From: Neodothiora populina
Lineage: Eukaryota
Assembly: GCF_041146345.1 (NCBI RefSeq)
Contig: NW_027191414.1
Span: 496,001 to 560,000, forward strand
Reading direction: 5' to 3'
DNA: 64,000 nt
Of this stretch, positions 11,960-24,124 are shown in pieces. Numbering within the stretch: the stretch's first letter is position 1; each line of letters begins with the position of its first letter. The position numbers were made by a program, and so were the translations under genes. Under the pieces are notes generated by a model. That model made no database searches, was not told where the DNA came from, and saw only the letters and a program-made list of their open reading frames with translations.

Positions 11960-13792
11960 ATGGCGCGGAAGATAGTGCTTGCAGCTGCGCAGATGGGAGC
12001 TACCCATCGTAGTGATGAAAGACCTCAGACCTTGGCTCGTATGGTAGAACTTCTGAAGCAAGCAGGTTCCAAAGGTGCTGATGTGGTTCTTTTCCCTGAG
12101 ACTGCGTTTACGACATTCTTTCCTCGGTATTTGATCGAAGACCCGGTCGAACTCGAGTTCTGGTTCGAGCACGGAGACGTGACCACAGCGCCACAGACGA
12201 AGGCTCTTTTCGAGACGTCCAAGCAAATTGGAGTAGATATTGCTGTAGGCTTCGCTGAAGCGACCGAGGACGGTGAACACTTCAACAGTACGATATATTA
12301 CCATGCCAAAACTGGCTCCGTCTTGTCCAAATACCGGAAGATCCATCTCCCAGGCGATTTTGAGCCTATCGGCGACAAGAATACCACTCAGCAACTAGAG
12401 AAACGCTACTTCAAAGTTGGCGACCTGGGATTTAAGGCCTTCCGCGTGCCTGATCTGGCCCAACCTACAACAGCTGAGCGTGGCGAACCCATCTTTGGTA
12501 TGATGATTTGCAACGACCGACGATGGGCTGAAGCATGGAGAGTGTTAGGCTTACAAGGTGTTGAGGTTGTATTATGCGGCTACAACACTACTGGTTATGC
12601 CCCTGAGTTGTGGGGCTGGGATAAGGATGTTGCACCTGAAGCAATGCGTGATCTGGCAGTGTTTCAACACAAGCTCTCAATGCAGGGACACTCGTACACC
12701 AACGCATGCTTCTCCGTGAGTGCTGCACGTTGCGGTCTCGACGACGGAAAGCACGACCTTGTGGGAGGCTCGTGTATCACCGACCCCGAGGGCCGCATTC
12801 TTGCCGAAGCAAAGACAACAGAAGATGAAATAGTGATTGCAGAATGCGACCTAGATCTTTGCCGGGCAGGGAAGACGCGGATCTTCGACTTCTCCAGACA
12901 CAGACGGCCTGAACACTATAAACTTGTCACAGAGCAAGTTGGTGTCATCGAGCCTCCTAGGCTGTCAACAATCAACCACGCGGACGGCCACCTTGCTGAG
13001 ACGAACGGCGTCCAAGTTAACGGCACAAATGGTGTGTCAAGGAGTGGCAACAAGAAGATCAGGGTGTTGCTTGTAAACCCTAACGCGACGAAGTTCATGA
13101 CCGACAACTGCGTGAAGATGGTCGAGTCACAACTGCCACCTGATGTCGAAGTCATCGGCTTTACATCACCACCTCCAGCACCAACAGCCGTAGAGGGCAA
13201 CTTCGACGGTGTGATGTCTGCGGCAGCCGCAATGCGTGCGCTGAAGCCCATCGCCCACGGATACGATGCTTTCCTCGTAGCCTGCTATAGTGATCACGCA
13301 CTGATCCGTATGCTACGCGAAGAGTTCCTACAACCCACTATCGGTATCATGGAGGCATCCCTCTTCGCGGCACGCACTCTGGGCAATCGATTTGGATTGA
13401 TTGCCACGAGCAGACGCTCAAAGGCGATGCACGAGGACTCGATCCGACACTACGGCTTCGACGGCTTTTGTGCCGGAGTCGGAAGCTGTGGTCTAGGTGT
13501 CCTCGAACTCGAAAGCAAGAGCGAAAGAGAGGTGCTGGACATCATGTGCGGCGTAGCCAAGGACTTGGTAGAGAAAGGCGCGGACTGCTTGACGCTGGGT
13601 TGTGCAGGCATGACGATGCTGAAGCCGGCAGTCGAGGCGGCTGTAGGCGAGGATGTTCAGGTCATAGATGGAGTATTGGCCGGTGTGCAGCACCTATCTG
13701 GCCTTGTGAGGATGGGTGGGAGAACAGCCAAGGGGGGCATGTATGCCAGCTCTGCAAGAGGCAGAAAGAATCGTGGCCAGAACTACTACTGA
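11960..13792 (+). CDS. Two-domain fusion: N-carbamoyl-D-amino-acid amidohydrolase (nitrilase superfamily) + Asp/Glu/hydantoin racemase (Dcg1-like)
   Basis: Single intronless 610-aa ORF. N-part has the nitrilase triad FPETAF (Glu), YRKIHLPG (Lys), ICNDRRWAEAWRVLGLQG (Cys). After an NG-rich linker the C-part has LVNPNAT, VACYSDH, IGIMEAS, LGCAGM, VIDGV. Confidence 0.92.
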   Translation: MARKIVLAAAQMGATHRSDERPQTLARMVELLKQAGSKGADVVLFPETAFTTFFPRYLIEDPVELEFWFEHGDVTTAPQTKALFETSKQIGVDIAVGFAEATEDGEHFNSTIYYHAKTGSVLSKYRKIHLPGDFEPIGDKNTTQQLEKRYFKVGDLGFKAFRVPDLAQPTTAERGEPIFGMMICNDRRWAEAWRVLGLQGVEVVLCGYNTTGYAPELWGWDKDVAPEAMRDLAVFQHKLSMQGHSYTNACFSVSAARCGLDDGKHDLVGGSCITDPEGRILAEAKTTEDEIVIAECDLDLCRAGKTRIFDFSRHRRPEHYKLVTEQVGVIEPPRLSTINHADGHLAETNGVQVNGTNGVSRSGNKKIRVLLVNPNATKFMTDNCVKMVESQLPPDVEVIGFTSPPPAPTAVEGNFDGVMSAAAAMRALKPIAHGYDAFLVACYSDHALIRMLREEFLQPTIGIMEASLFAARTLGNRFGLIATSRRSKAMHEDSIRHYGFDGFCAGVGSCGLGVLELESKSEREVLDIMCGVAKDLVEKGADCLTLGCAGMTMLKPAVEAAVGEDVQVIDGVLAGVQHLSGLVRMGGRTAKGGMYASSARGRKNRGQNYY

Positions 13793-14450
13793 TCCGACTT
13801 ACTCTGGATAGATCACGACAGTATATACGGATATGACGATAGCCATGAGCATCTATGTTTTGCAGCGGTCAATAAGGTGGCTTTTGTTCGCTCAACTTAA
13901 GAGTATCGGCATGCCTAAATTTACACAAGACGTGCTGCAGCTCGACTAGCCTGACTTCGCATATGCGACTGACACCTTGCTTCTGTAACCACTACCTATG
14001 ACACGACCCGTCTGCGCTTGGTAAGGGCCAACCGAACAAAGAGCAAGAGCGGAACGAAGGTACGTTGGTGACGTCGCTAGCGCTGTTGCATTTAGGCGAG
14101 AGCAAATTCCGCTACTGATGATAGCACAGTACCTCGGCGAATGTACCAACATTCAGAACCGCGCTGCCACACGACAACCTACCGTACACTATCTTCGGAC
14201 AAATATGTAGCACATTGCTTTCGGACCTTGCAGCGCCACTATTAGGTATGTACTCAAGTATCCAAGCCTTGGTGTCAGCACACCCTACGACGACGTAGCT
14301 ACCCCGCATAACCCCTCATACTCCGTAGCTTGTCCGTACATAAACAATGCGGCGAAGGTAGGAGTGCTTGACAAAGCAACTTTGTGTTCTCTGCAGTGGA
14401 AAGCATACCTTTCCCAGTCATAAACATAAATTCGTGTTTCGAAAAGTGAT

Positions 14451-15697
14451 ATGGCCGCACAAAGTCAGCTCCCGCAGGGAGAGTACGTCGACCCAGCACA
14501 GGCGCAAGGAGCACAAATACCGCTGCAATCCTTCTCACTACCACAATTCCCACCCCAGGCACAGGGTCTCAAAGCGCTGACCTTGACATCTGACATCAAG
14601 CTCGACGACTACCAGTCACTGCTTTCTCAGCAATTCGAGATACCCCTATTACCAACTTCGATCGAGTCTTTGACACTCGAGCTGTTCTCCCTTGGCTATC
14701 CTCCTGGCTTTCTTACTCAATTGGCAGACCGTCTGCCTAACATTAAAAGCTTAGTAGTATACAGCCAGCTTTTGGGAGGTGTGAGCGAAGCTTCTCAGGC
14801 AGACTGCGTCGAGTTCTTCCGCAAACTATCGGGTCTCAGAGCACTGCACCTCCTGGATGTGTTTGCCAAAGCTGGGTTCTTCACATCGATTGCTCCATAC
14901 CTCACCTACTCTGCGGAGGGTGAGGATGCAAGAAGAGGCTTAATGTTCCTTGAGATCAACTACACCGTGCAGCATTCTGATGCGGATTTTCTGCCTAAGA
15001 TTCAGGCGACCGAACTGCCAAAGTTGATCGGACCAGGTCTGATCACAGCCGCCTTCAATGTGAGTGAAGCAGATGTCACCGATGATCCAGATGATCCAAA
15101 CAACGCCAGTGATGCACCAGAAGAAGAGCTCGCGAAAGATGGGATAATGGCCTTCAACAAGACATTGGCATCTGGACTCGTGGACATGTTGACCGATGAA
15201 GAGACTCGCCCAAGAAGTCTCAAGGTATTGAATTTGACTTTGTACACCCTTACACCCGCGGATCTGAAGAAAGTGGCAGAGAAGCACACAGGATTGATGG
15301 TGCTGAGTGCTACGATTGAAGTCGATGAACAAGATGCGAACCGCCGATTCTTGGTCAAGACACTTGCTTCTCTAAACAAGTTGGAGCAAGTCGAAATAGT
15401 CGCGAGTCCGAGTCTTCCATTTTTCATGGCGGTAAGTCCTGACATGAATTGTGCATCCATGAGCAATCAAGTAACAATGCTGGATAGGTACAAAACACCC
15501 GCGCAAACGCCCTCGAGGGCTCTATGCCGTCAATCAAGGACATGGAAGGATTAGCAGAAAAATGCAAGCAGCTGAAGAACCTGAAGGCAAACATTCTCCG
15601 GTCGCACGCAATGGATTCGCTCGAGTGGGCCAAGGACAAGGACAAGTGGGAAGGAGGCATCAAGCATGGTGACATGCTTATATCCGGTGCTGCTTAA
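14451..15697 (+). CDS. Hypothetical protein with LRR/RNI-like leucine periodicity; intron 15432-15487
   Basis: Long ORF with repeated LxxLxL segments (LPNIKSLVVY, LSGLRALHL, SLKVLNL, LNKLEQVEI). The GTAAGT...TAG intron gives a second exon ending in TAA at 15697. Confidence 0.75.
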
Positions 15698-16541
15698 TGG
15701 TGTTGTATTTCAGGACATTAAAGACCTTTTCAATACAAAGCCTTCACTTGAGTGGCGCCGAGATCTGGGCGCATTATATTGGTAGGTCGCCAAGTAACTT
15801 GCATGAAAGACAAGCGGAATAAACGATACGCACGATCATACCAGCAGAGCCATATAATACTCCACTTCGCGAGAAACCATGCAGCTTTTCAGAATAGTCC
15901 AGAGGATACAGAGCACTATAACAGGGTGCCGCTAAAATAAGAGACAGTTGTACAAACCATCCTGAACACACGACTGGTCTCTATCAAGTATAACACCGAT
16001 CACGTTATTCGTTTCGAAAAAAATCAGAGATGAATTCCGTGACCAGCAGCCAGAGCCTTGCCCATCAGAAGCTGAGTCAGCCAGCACGTTGCAGAACAAG
16101 TCGCAATAGAGTTATTAGAAACCCCATTATCAGTCCCTGCATTAGCCCTATCCTTCCGTATCGTGAAACGCTGACATTCGTGAGTCATTTGATTCACCTT
16201 CAGGTTGTGCTTTCCGTATTGAGCTGTCACCTCCACGCCTGTAGGGGGCAGGATGACTTGTGACAGTAACGGTGAATGAGTAACACCGTATCACATAAGC
16301 TTTGTGTTATGCAGCTCACGAGATAGTTGTTGCCTAGGAGTGTTTATCGGCTGGATGGAGGTACCTTACCTACCCAATTTGGATAAGGTAAATAGGTTCT
16401 TGTGGGGAAGGGGGAACCTACAGTCATTCTATATCTGTGGTGTATCATTATTGCATGCCTTATATAGTGATCGTGTACCTTGCCTTGTAAGCACATCATT
16501 CTAGGTCTGCCTGATTATTCGTATAAGAAAAATTATCGAAA

Positions 16542-17474
16542 ATGGCTACCCAAGGAGAATACGCAAAGACGAAGATTAATGCAGTGAATCGATATCGTGG
16601 ACGAGGTCCGTAAATCCTGGGTGGCTCTGACTAAGATGCGCTTCCACTCTACTCGAGAACCTGTACCCAGCAGAGGTCAATTATGTGAGTCATCTCTGGA
16701 CTAACATGCCTCGCAGGCAAATATGACCACGAAACCATCCACGCGTTAGTGAACTCTGTACCAGTGCTGCACGTCTCCTTCAACGTGCCTCTGCCAGACG
16801 ACGACGACGAAAGCGGGATAAGCTATCCAACAATTCTGCCAATGATAGGCTGCATGTCAAACTACCGCTCACCGGGCTCAATCTCTGCTCCCCAAGCCGA
16901 CAACGACAACGACAACTCCGACGAACCCCCAGTGCTCTACCTCCACGGCTACATCTCCTCGCGGCTGATCAAGCAAGGTGGCACCAACACGGGCTTACCA
17001 ATGAGCATAGCCGCGACCTCTCTGGACGGCCTAGTCCTAGCCCTGACCCCCAACCACCACAGCTGCAACTACCGCTCGGCGGTCCTCTTCGGGCGCGCGA
17101 CGCTGGTTTCCGACGAGTCAGAGCGAATGAGAGCCATGCAGCTCATCACGGAGAACATGCTGCCTAATCGCTGGAATAACAGCCGTGTGCCGCCGACCAA
17201 AGTCGAGATGCAGTCGACGGGAATCCTGAGGGTTGAGATTGATGCTGCGAGTGCGAAGACGAGGACCGGGGGCCCGGGAGAGGATAGGGCTGATTTGAAG
17301 GACGAGGCGCTCAGGGAAAGGGTTTGGACTGGTGTTGTGCCGGTTTCGTTGCAGTGGGGGGAGCCAGTGCCGGCGGAGGGGAATAGAGTCGATAAGGTGC
17401 CGGGGTATGTGGAGGAGTGGAGGGTGGGCTCTAATGCGGAGGCAGTCAAGGCCTCTACGGATTCTGCTTCTTGA
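16542..17474 (+). CDS. Flavin-nucleotide-binding split-barrel protein (pyridoxamine 5'-phosphate oxidase-like / NimA-like); intron 16606-16716
   Basis: VNRYRGR|GKYDHETIH across the intron; LYLHGYISSRL, LDGLVLALTPNHHSCNYRSAV, VWTGVVP motifs. Confidence 0.85.
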
Positions 17475-17981
17475 TTTGCTTGGAATTGGGCTTAATAGCA
17501 TTACGATGCTCATGAATCTCTTACTGCTTTCACCGACGTTCGCCTAGTTCGTGATGATGTCTGACGAATTCAATTCAAATTGTGCGAAAAGTGGTAAAAT
17601 TGTGAGGCTTTTGGCTGCTTTCGTGCATTTCGTCTAGACGAAGGTAGATCGTCGCGTTGTGGTCTATACCACATCCAACACCGAACGCCGTCGACAATTT
17701 CCGGCTTCAACCTACGGACGTAAGGCCGGCGTCCCAACATGTCACTGACGGAATCCAATGTACGCAGACGAATGCACGCATGCGACTTAATGTCTCCAGT
17801 TTCAAGGTCGGTCGTAAATGCGACCATGTTCAAAGCACTCATAAGCTCAACGTATGGGCATTGCCAATCTTCTCAAAAGACACCGTCGAAGTCAAGTTTG
17901 CCCATGAAGCAAGACTTGGTCCACTGATCAGCAATTGAACTTATTCGTTAGTGCATCAGCATCTACGAGTGCGTATGGCCC

Positions 17982-19416
17982 TCATCTCTTCAGGAAAGCG
18001 AGTGCGCCAGCGGCGTAAGCATCGATAGCAGTCTTCATGGTTGGATGGATAGCCGGAGAGAATAGAGCGCTGTGTGTGCCTAGTAACGAGGTCAGTACAG
18101 TCATCACTCCTCGCATCTCAAAGGGTGGAAGAATATGCAAAGATCTCGAAGAGGGATTGGGCAGGAAAAGATGCAGCAGTAGATAACTCACCAGCAATTT
18201 CATCAATCCTACCATTCTTCTTCGCATCATCCCACACCTTCTGGTCGATACCACCGTAGTTCCAGAAACAGCAGGGCGCACCAACAGCATTAGACAAGTG
18301 ACTGAAGTCCTCACTTCCCATGCTAGGGAACGGACTCGTCGAGAACCCCACGCCCTTTGAACTCTCATCATCCTTTCCGAAATGATCAATCATAGCCTCA
18401 GCCACGGTCTCTGAAACCGCCTCGTCGTTGTACAGTAACGGAAAGTGCGAGATGCTCTCGAACTTCGGCGGTTGAGGACATCTGAACGCTTCGCACTCAC
18501 ACCTGACGATGCGCTCGATGCTCTCCTGCACGCGTCTCCTGTTCTCCTCGCTAAACGTGCGCGTGTTGACTTTCAGCACGGCTTCGCCAGCAATGATGTT
18601 CTCTGCGTTACCGGCCTGCAGCGAACCCACAGTTACCACTACCGCATCCCTGGGATCCATCTCGCGACTGACTATCGTCTGCAGCTTCAGCACGATCGAC
18701 GAAGCCATGACCACAGGATCAATAGCCTGATGTGGTCGACTCCCGTGCCCTCCACGACCAAAAACCGTGATCTTGAAACTGTCAGCCGCGCTGTTAAACG
18801 GACCTCCGGCCGTCTGCACAGTCCCCGCGCGCGCAGGCATGATATGCGCACCGAGCACGATATCAGGCTTCGGCACATCATGGCGACTGGGATCATAAAG
18901 CCCATCATCAACCATGGCCTTGGCGCCCGCAGCGCGTTCCTCATTAGGCTGGAACAACATGATGAGCGTCCCGGACCAGGCAGCCTTCGCACCCTTCAGA
19001 AGCTCCGACGCCGCGAGCAGAGTACTGCAATGCATGTCGTGGCCGCAGGCATGCATGACGGGCTTCTCGACCCCGTCCGCGACATCGACCATTCGCTTCG
19101 TGCTCGAGTACGGCAGGCCGGTCGCTTCTGCTATCGGTAGCGCGTCCATGTCTGCGCGGATGAGCACGGTTTTGCCACTGCCATTGCGGAGGATCCCGAC
19201 TACGCCATGCCCACCGATGGAGGTCTTGACTTCGTAGCCGAGGGATACCAGGTGGTCTTTGATTCGTAGTGAGGTTGTAGATTCCTGGAGAGATAGCTCG
19301 GGGTCTGCGTGGAGGGTCTTGTAGAATTGTTCATATGCTGCCAGGACCGGCCGATGGGTATCTATCAGCGCTGAGATGGCAGAGGACGACGAGGACTCTG
19401 CTCTGGGTTCTGTCAT
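17982..19416 (-). CDS. M20 metallo-amidohydrolase, Acy1-like / hippurate-hydrolase type; intron 18080-18191
   Basis: PELSLQE, IRADMDALPI, MHACGHDMH, FQPNEE, GRGGHGSRPH, MGSEDF; last exon begins THSALFSP after a GTGAGT...CTAG intron. Confidence 0.92.
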
Positions 19417-20108
19417 TGCGGTTTTTTATGAAGCTCGAGTCTAGTGACGTTACTTGTGTATGATCTAGATCTGCAGGAAAGCTGTATTCTATATAGTCTA
19501 GAGATAATCAATGATCGTATGCCGAACAATGCCGCTACATATCATATATATCGATAGGGTCGGATGGTCAAATAAGGTGCTCTTATCAGGCCGAACTTGT
19601 CGAAATTGGCCTGTGCGCGCTGATAGATCTGCGTGCGAAGCGCCAGAGTTCAGAATACCAGATAAAGACATTTAGCCATGGCAACAGTGGAGAACAGATG
19701 TATTCAGTAACAAGACCTGGACACCAACTTGCTACAGGTCTCAATCGAGACCATGACTGCGAAGAAACCGAGTGAAGATAATTGAGGTGGCACACTACTT
19801 GGTCTACCATGTACGCTATCTTGCTTCTCATCCCACTTTCCTCATACTGCCGGCCCTGTCGCTGTTTGGATATCTCTTTTACATGTAATCATAAGGAGCG
19901 TCAGGCTGCCTGCTAAAAGAAGCTTCTTGAATATGCAGTGCTTCGCAAATCCCCCATGGTTCCAACCATTACGCCGTGCTTTCGATCTCGTCTCTCATCA
20001 GTCACATTCCTCCTCCGCCCATCCGATATGCAAGTACATACTGATGGGTGATGCCCAGCAAGTATGTCTCCTTTAAGAAAAGAAAAAAAAAGACGAATCC
20101 TAGTCTCA

Positions 20109-22354
20109 TCACATGGCCAAGCCCCTCGGAGCACCCAGTAGCTGCTCCGCTTTGTCGTGGCCGGATACAATACGGGACTTTTCTTGTCCGACACTGGACT
20201 TGCGGGCGCTAGTCGGACTGGTTCTTCCCTCTCTTGGTACCGAGCGGACCGGCGTTACCCCTCCAATCTGTCTGACTCTCATAGACCCGATGCCTCCCCC
20301 TGGAATCCTCTTCAGCCGACTTGTGCGCCATCCTTCATACCACTTCTCACGACTGGCCGCTCTCAGCTCACCTCTCCAATCGCCAAACACGCTCTCCTTG
20401 AGCCGTTGGAAGTCGCAATGAAGTGGATTCAGCGGGTCTGCTTCTCCCCAGGGAAAGATGCGCGTGAGGCTTTGCGGGAGCGTGTACGGATCCGGACTGA
20501 GAACGGAGAAAGGAAGGTAAGGCTCATTGTCAGAACCGAATGATCCTGCGGTGGGTGTAGGTGGTATGGGAGAGAGTACACGCCTGGGTGCCCTACCGCC
20601 AGACTTGGAGTCTTTGTCCAGATCAAGTGATGACTTGATGTTAGTGGTCGAAGATGCGCGACGGCTGCCCAGACTGTCAACTATGGAGCTGTCGTCATAA
20701 CTACCTTCGCTCGTGTATTCGGTGAATTTGGTCGTGGCTGGTGACTGGGCTTCTTTATCGGACCCAGAAGCGTCCTCGCTCGAATGATCTTCTGCATCTT
20801 CCTCCTCTTCCTCCTCATCTTCTAAGCCCATAGCTTCGAGAGGGTCGAGTTTGGCAGCCTGGATGCTAGCCCAGACTCCGTGCTTGAGAGACTTCATATG
20901 CGCGGCAGTAAGAGTATCTGCTTTACTGATGATAGGTATCACGGTCGTCTTTCCAAACAGTGCACGCATCACTTGTAGGTCCAGTTCCTCGTCCATTGTG
21001 TTCGCCAATGTGTTTGGCGCATGCTCTTCTCCTGAGCTTGCTGATCGAATGACGTTGGCATCAAGACGGGTGGGGTCTAGTATCAGGAGTACACAGTGAA
21101 TATGAGTATCTTTGGCACCTGGTGAACGGACGACCTTCTGTTCCTCGGCGAAGGTCTCCTCGAAACGGGCCTCGATGAATGTCGTTATCTCTCGAAGCTG
21201 TAAATCAGCAATGTTCTTCTGCAACCCCTTCGAGTCCCAGAGAGTAAGTCCGACTCTCTCTCCATCGATCTCGGTCTCAACGTATGATGGAGTGAAAGCG
21301 GATCCAGAAGAGACAGGGTGGCGCGCTGCCGCCTGGCCTTTTGGTCGTTTCTTCTCTGGAAGCGCCATGGATGTTTTGACGAACTCGATGAATGAGGTTT
21401 TGCCTGACTTGCTCGCTCCAGCAACCAGGATGCTGCAACATATGTTAGTAAGTCCAGAACAAAGACAAAAGACTGAGGGATGACGCACTTGAAGGGTGTG
21501 GGATCCTTCCTTCTTCTCACCCTCCTCGGAGAATTTACATTGCCACCGGCGCTGAGAGCAGCTGAAGCATAGCTCTCACGGCCACGATTAGTGATGCTCT
21601 TCGTGCGGTCATAGGAACCGATCTGCTCGGCATCATCGACAGTCGTAGCAGTTCTGACTGACGGGCTCGATGTCAAGTAAGTGGCGCTCGTACCAGGACT
21701 GTCGCTCGGTGGGGAGGCAGTGGCACGACCCGGTCTCGAAAAGTTGTTAACGGGAGCCTTTCGGGGTGGAGGAGCTGCTTCGTGGAATTCGCCAGAGAAG
21801 ATGGCGACCGAATCAGGTCGATTGTGAACATCGTGAACACCAGCATTGGCGGTGACAGGAACACCACCGAACCCATCAAGCGAGGGCATTGGCATTGGCG
21901 AAGGGATCTGAGGCGCTTGTTGAGGGACCTGCGAGACCGATGGCTTCTGCTGCGGTTGGTCACGAGACTTGTGGTGTTTCCTCAGCATTGTTCTTGAGCG
22001 TTGGCCTGAAGCCACCGAGGTCGAACGAGTGGTTGTGTGGATCTCGTGAGAGGTGGCGCGAGAAACAAGAGCTGAGAGACTACCGCGACGTTTAGGCTCA
22101 GGTTTTGCTTCCGATGCAGAAGGAGCAGCAGTGTTGAAAGAAGGAGCTAGGGACATGACAGTGTCAACTTTTTTGAGGTTCTCTGGAGACGGCATTCTAG
22201 TCGGTGTTGCTGTTTTGGACGATGGCATCGAAGACACATTGAAAGGTGAAGCAGAGGGGAAAGTGCGAAGCTTGGGTGGAGGTGATGGTGATGACGACGG
22301 AGACGGGACTTCCATCTTGCTTGCGCGGCGTGTGCTTGTGGTCGTGGTTGCCAT
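20109..22354 (-). CDS. Septin, group-5 (AspE-like), with long S/P-rich N-terminus; intron 21433-21488; probable 5' UTR intron 22364-22518
   Basis: RRRKDPTPFN|ILVAGASKSGKTSF (G1), LTLWDSKG (G3 region), IPIISKADTL (G4), RIFPWG and HCDF septin motifs; no C-terminal coiled coil. Confidence 0.85.
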
Positions 22355-24124
22355 TTCGGTCGCCTGAAGGGTAAGGTAGCAAGCGATACAAGTCAGATCC
22401 CAGTCGCGGTTCACTTTCACATCCAGTTATTGCTCAGCGCAATTGGAAAGGGCAGCGACCGAATATAACACAAGGGCAAGAGTCCAAGGTCACAGAGAAG
22501 AGAAAACACGAGACTCACCCCCTACGTATATGTCTCGCTCGCGCAATCGCTTTTATTATTTTCGCACCACTGAAACCGCCAATGATGGGCTGTAGTCACT
22601 GACTTGACTGGACGTGCTTCAGATATACAAGAGTACAGGCAGTTAAAGCGACCGGTGGGAACCCCAGTGAGAAGCAGCTGCCGAAACCTTCCGCCTGTCT
22701 CTTGCGTCGTTTGAAAACGGGTCCTGGTGTCGACGTTGGAAAACAGTCGGCTTATTGGTATAGAGAAAACGGGTGCTTTCTTTCTGGGTACTTTAGCAAA
22801 GTAGGTACTGTAAGTGAGGTATGCGATAAGGACCCTTCTTCTAGCTTCCACGTCATGAAACGGTCTATTGTATCGTCCAGAATACGACAAGTGCCTTGAC
22901 TTAGCTAACGTCAAGAAAGAAGCTGAAGAGCAACAGCAAAGAAGTAGTAAAGACGCAAAGATACAATGAAGATCAAAACAGACAACAAAAATCACAAAGC
23001 AGCCAGCACAAGGCAAGGCAAGGTACGTTAACCTTTTGTTTATTTGCAGCAAGGTAGCACCGAAGCTGTGGCCCACCATCTCCCTGCATCTCGCCCTCAT
23101 CCACTGATTTGCTTGATTACAACTTAAAAGGCCCTGTAAGCCAGCCTCCTCTCGTAATCTCGACGTGAGACCTGAAACACAACAGGGACATGCAATAAGA
23201 CGATGGGCACCCAATATATCGCCTGCTTGAGCAACCACTCTTCGTAGCTTAGACCCACCTTGGCTTAGCTTCGGCTGCGCTACCGAAGTTCCACTAAGCC
23301 TCTTATCTGTTGATCTACGGTATTGTCGATACTGCTACACGAAAGACGAGTCATGATATTGTTCAATAGTTTTGAGTGTCATGTGCGCTGTTGTAATGGA
23401 GCTAATAGTAAGTAGTAATCACTAAAGCTATACAAGCAATCAACTAAATCCATCGGCTACCGCTCTGAGGAGGCTCATACCTCGCCATTTTTGTCCTCTC
23501 TCTCTTCTACTGAGTTATATTGTCGGGAAGGGCTGAAACACGGTTGCGACGTGCATTAAGTTAAGGTAAGGTACAGGCAGGTGGGTACCCGACTCGTCAC
23601 TGTGCTTCGTACCTCCGCTTTTTAGTTTACCCTGGATTGTGATGATAATGATAAGGGTAAAGGCCAGTGACACTAGTTGTTGAGGCAGCGAAAGATTCCT
23701 ATTGCTTGCCTGCATCCTCCTAGCATATACCTTGCCTGACATCTGACATCCAGATCTACCTAGCTTACCTTCGCTACCTTGCCTTGATGTGATGTAGTAT
23801 TGCAGTGTACAATAGGTTGAGGGTGCAGCATACCTACGATACCTGTAAGCAAGACATGAAAACAGAGGTGTAATTCATCCTGTTTGAAATAGTATAATAT
23901 GATATCTCTATTGAGGCTCAAGTACAACTGTAAAGCTTAAACAGACATTTATTCTTTCTTTGCTTTGCTTTTCCCTGCACTCTGCTGATGCGGACGATGT
24001 TAAGCTATTCTGAACCAGTCGAACAACTAATATGATCATCGTTTCCTTAACGTCTCATATAAGAGCGCATGCATTTTCTGCACCCTTCCTACGAGGCATA
24101 GAGCTCGACTAGAGCAGGCTCTGT

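Noticed and set aside
17543..17572. TTCGTGATGATGTCTGACGAA, adjacent C-box and D-box words in a tiny hairpin
   Set aside because: Only 3 nt between the boxes, leaving no room for a guide; likely coincidence in a 3' UTR.
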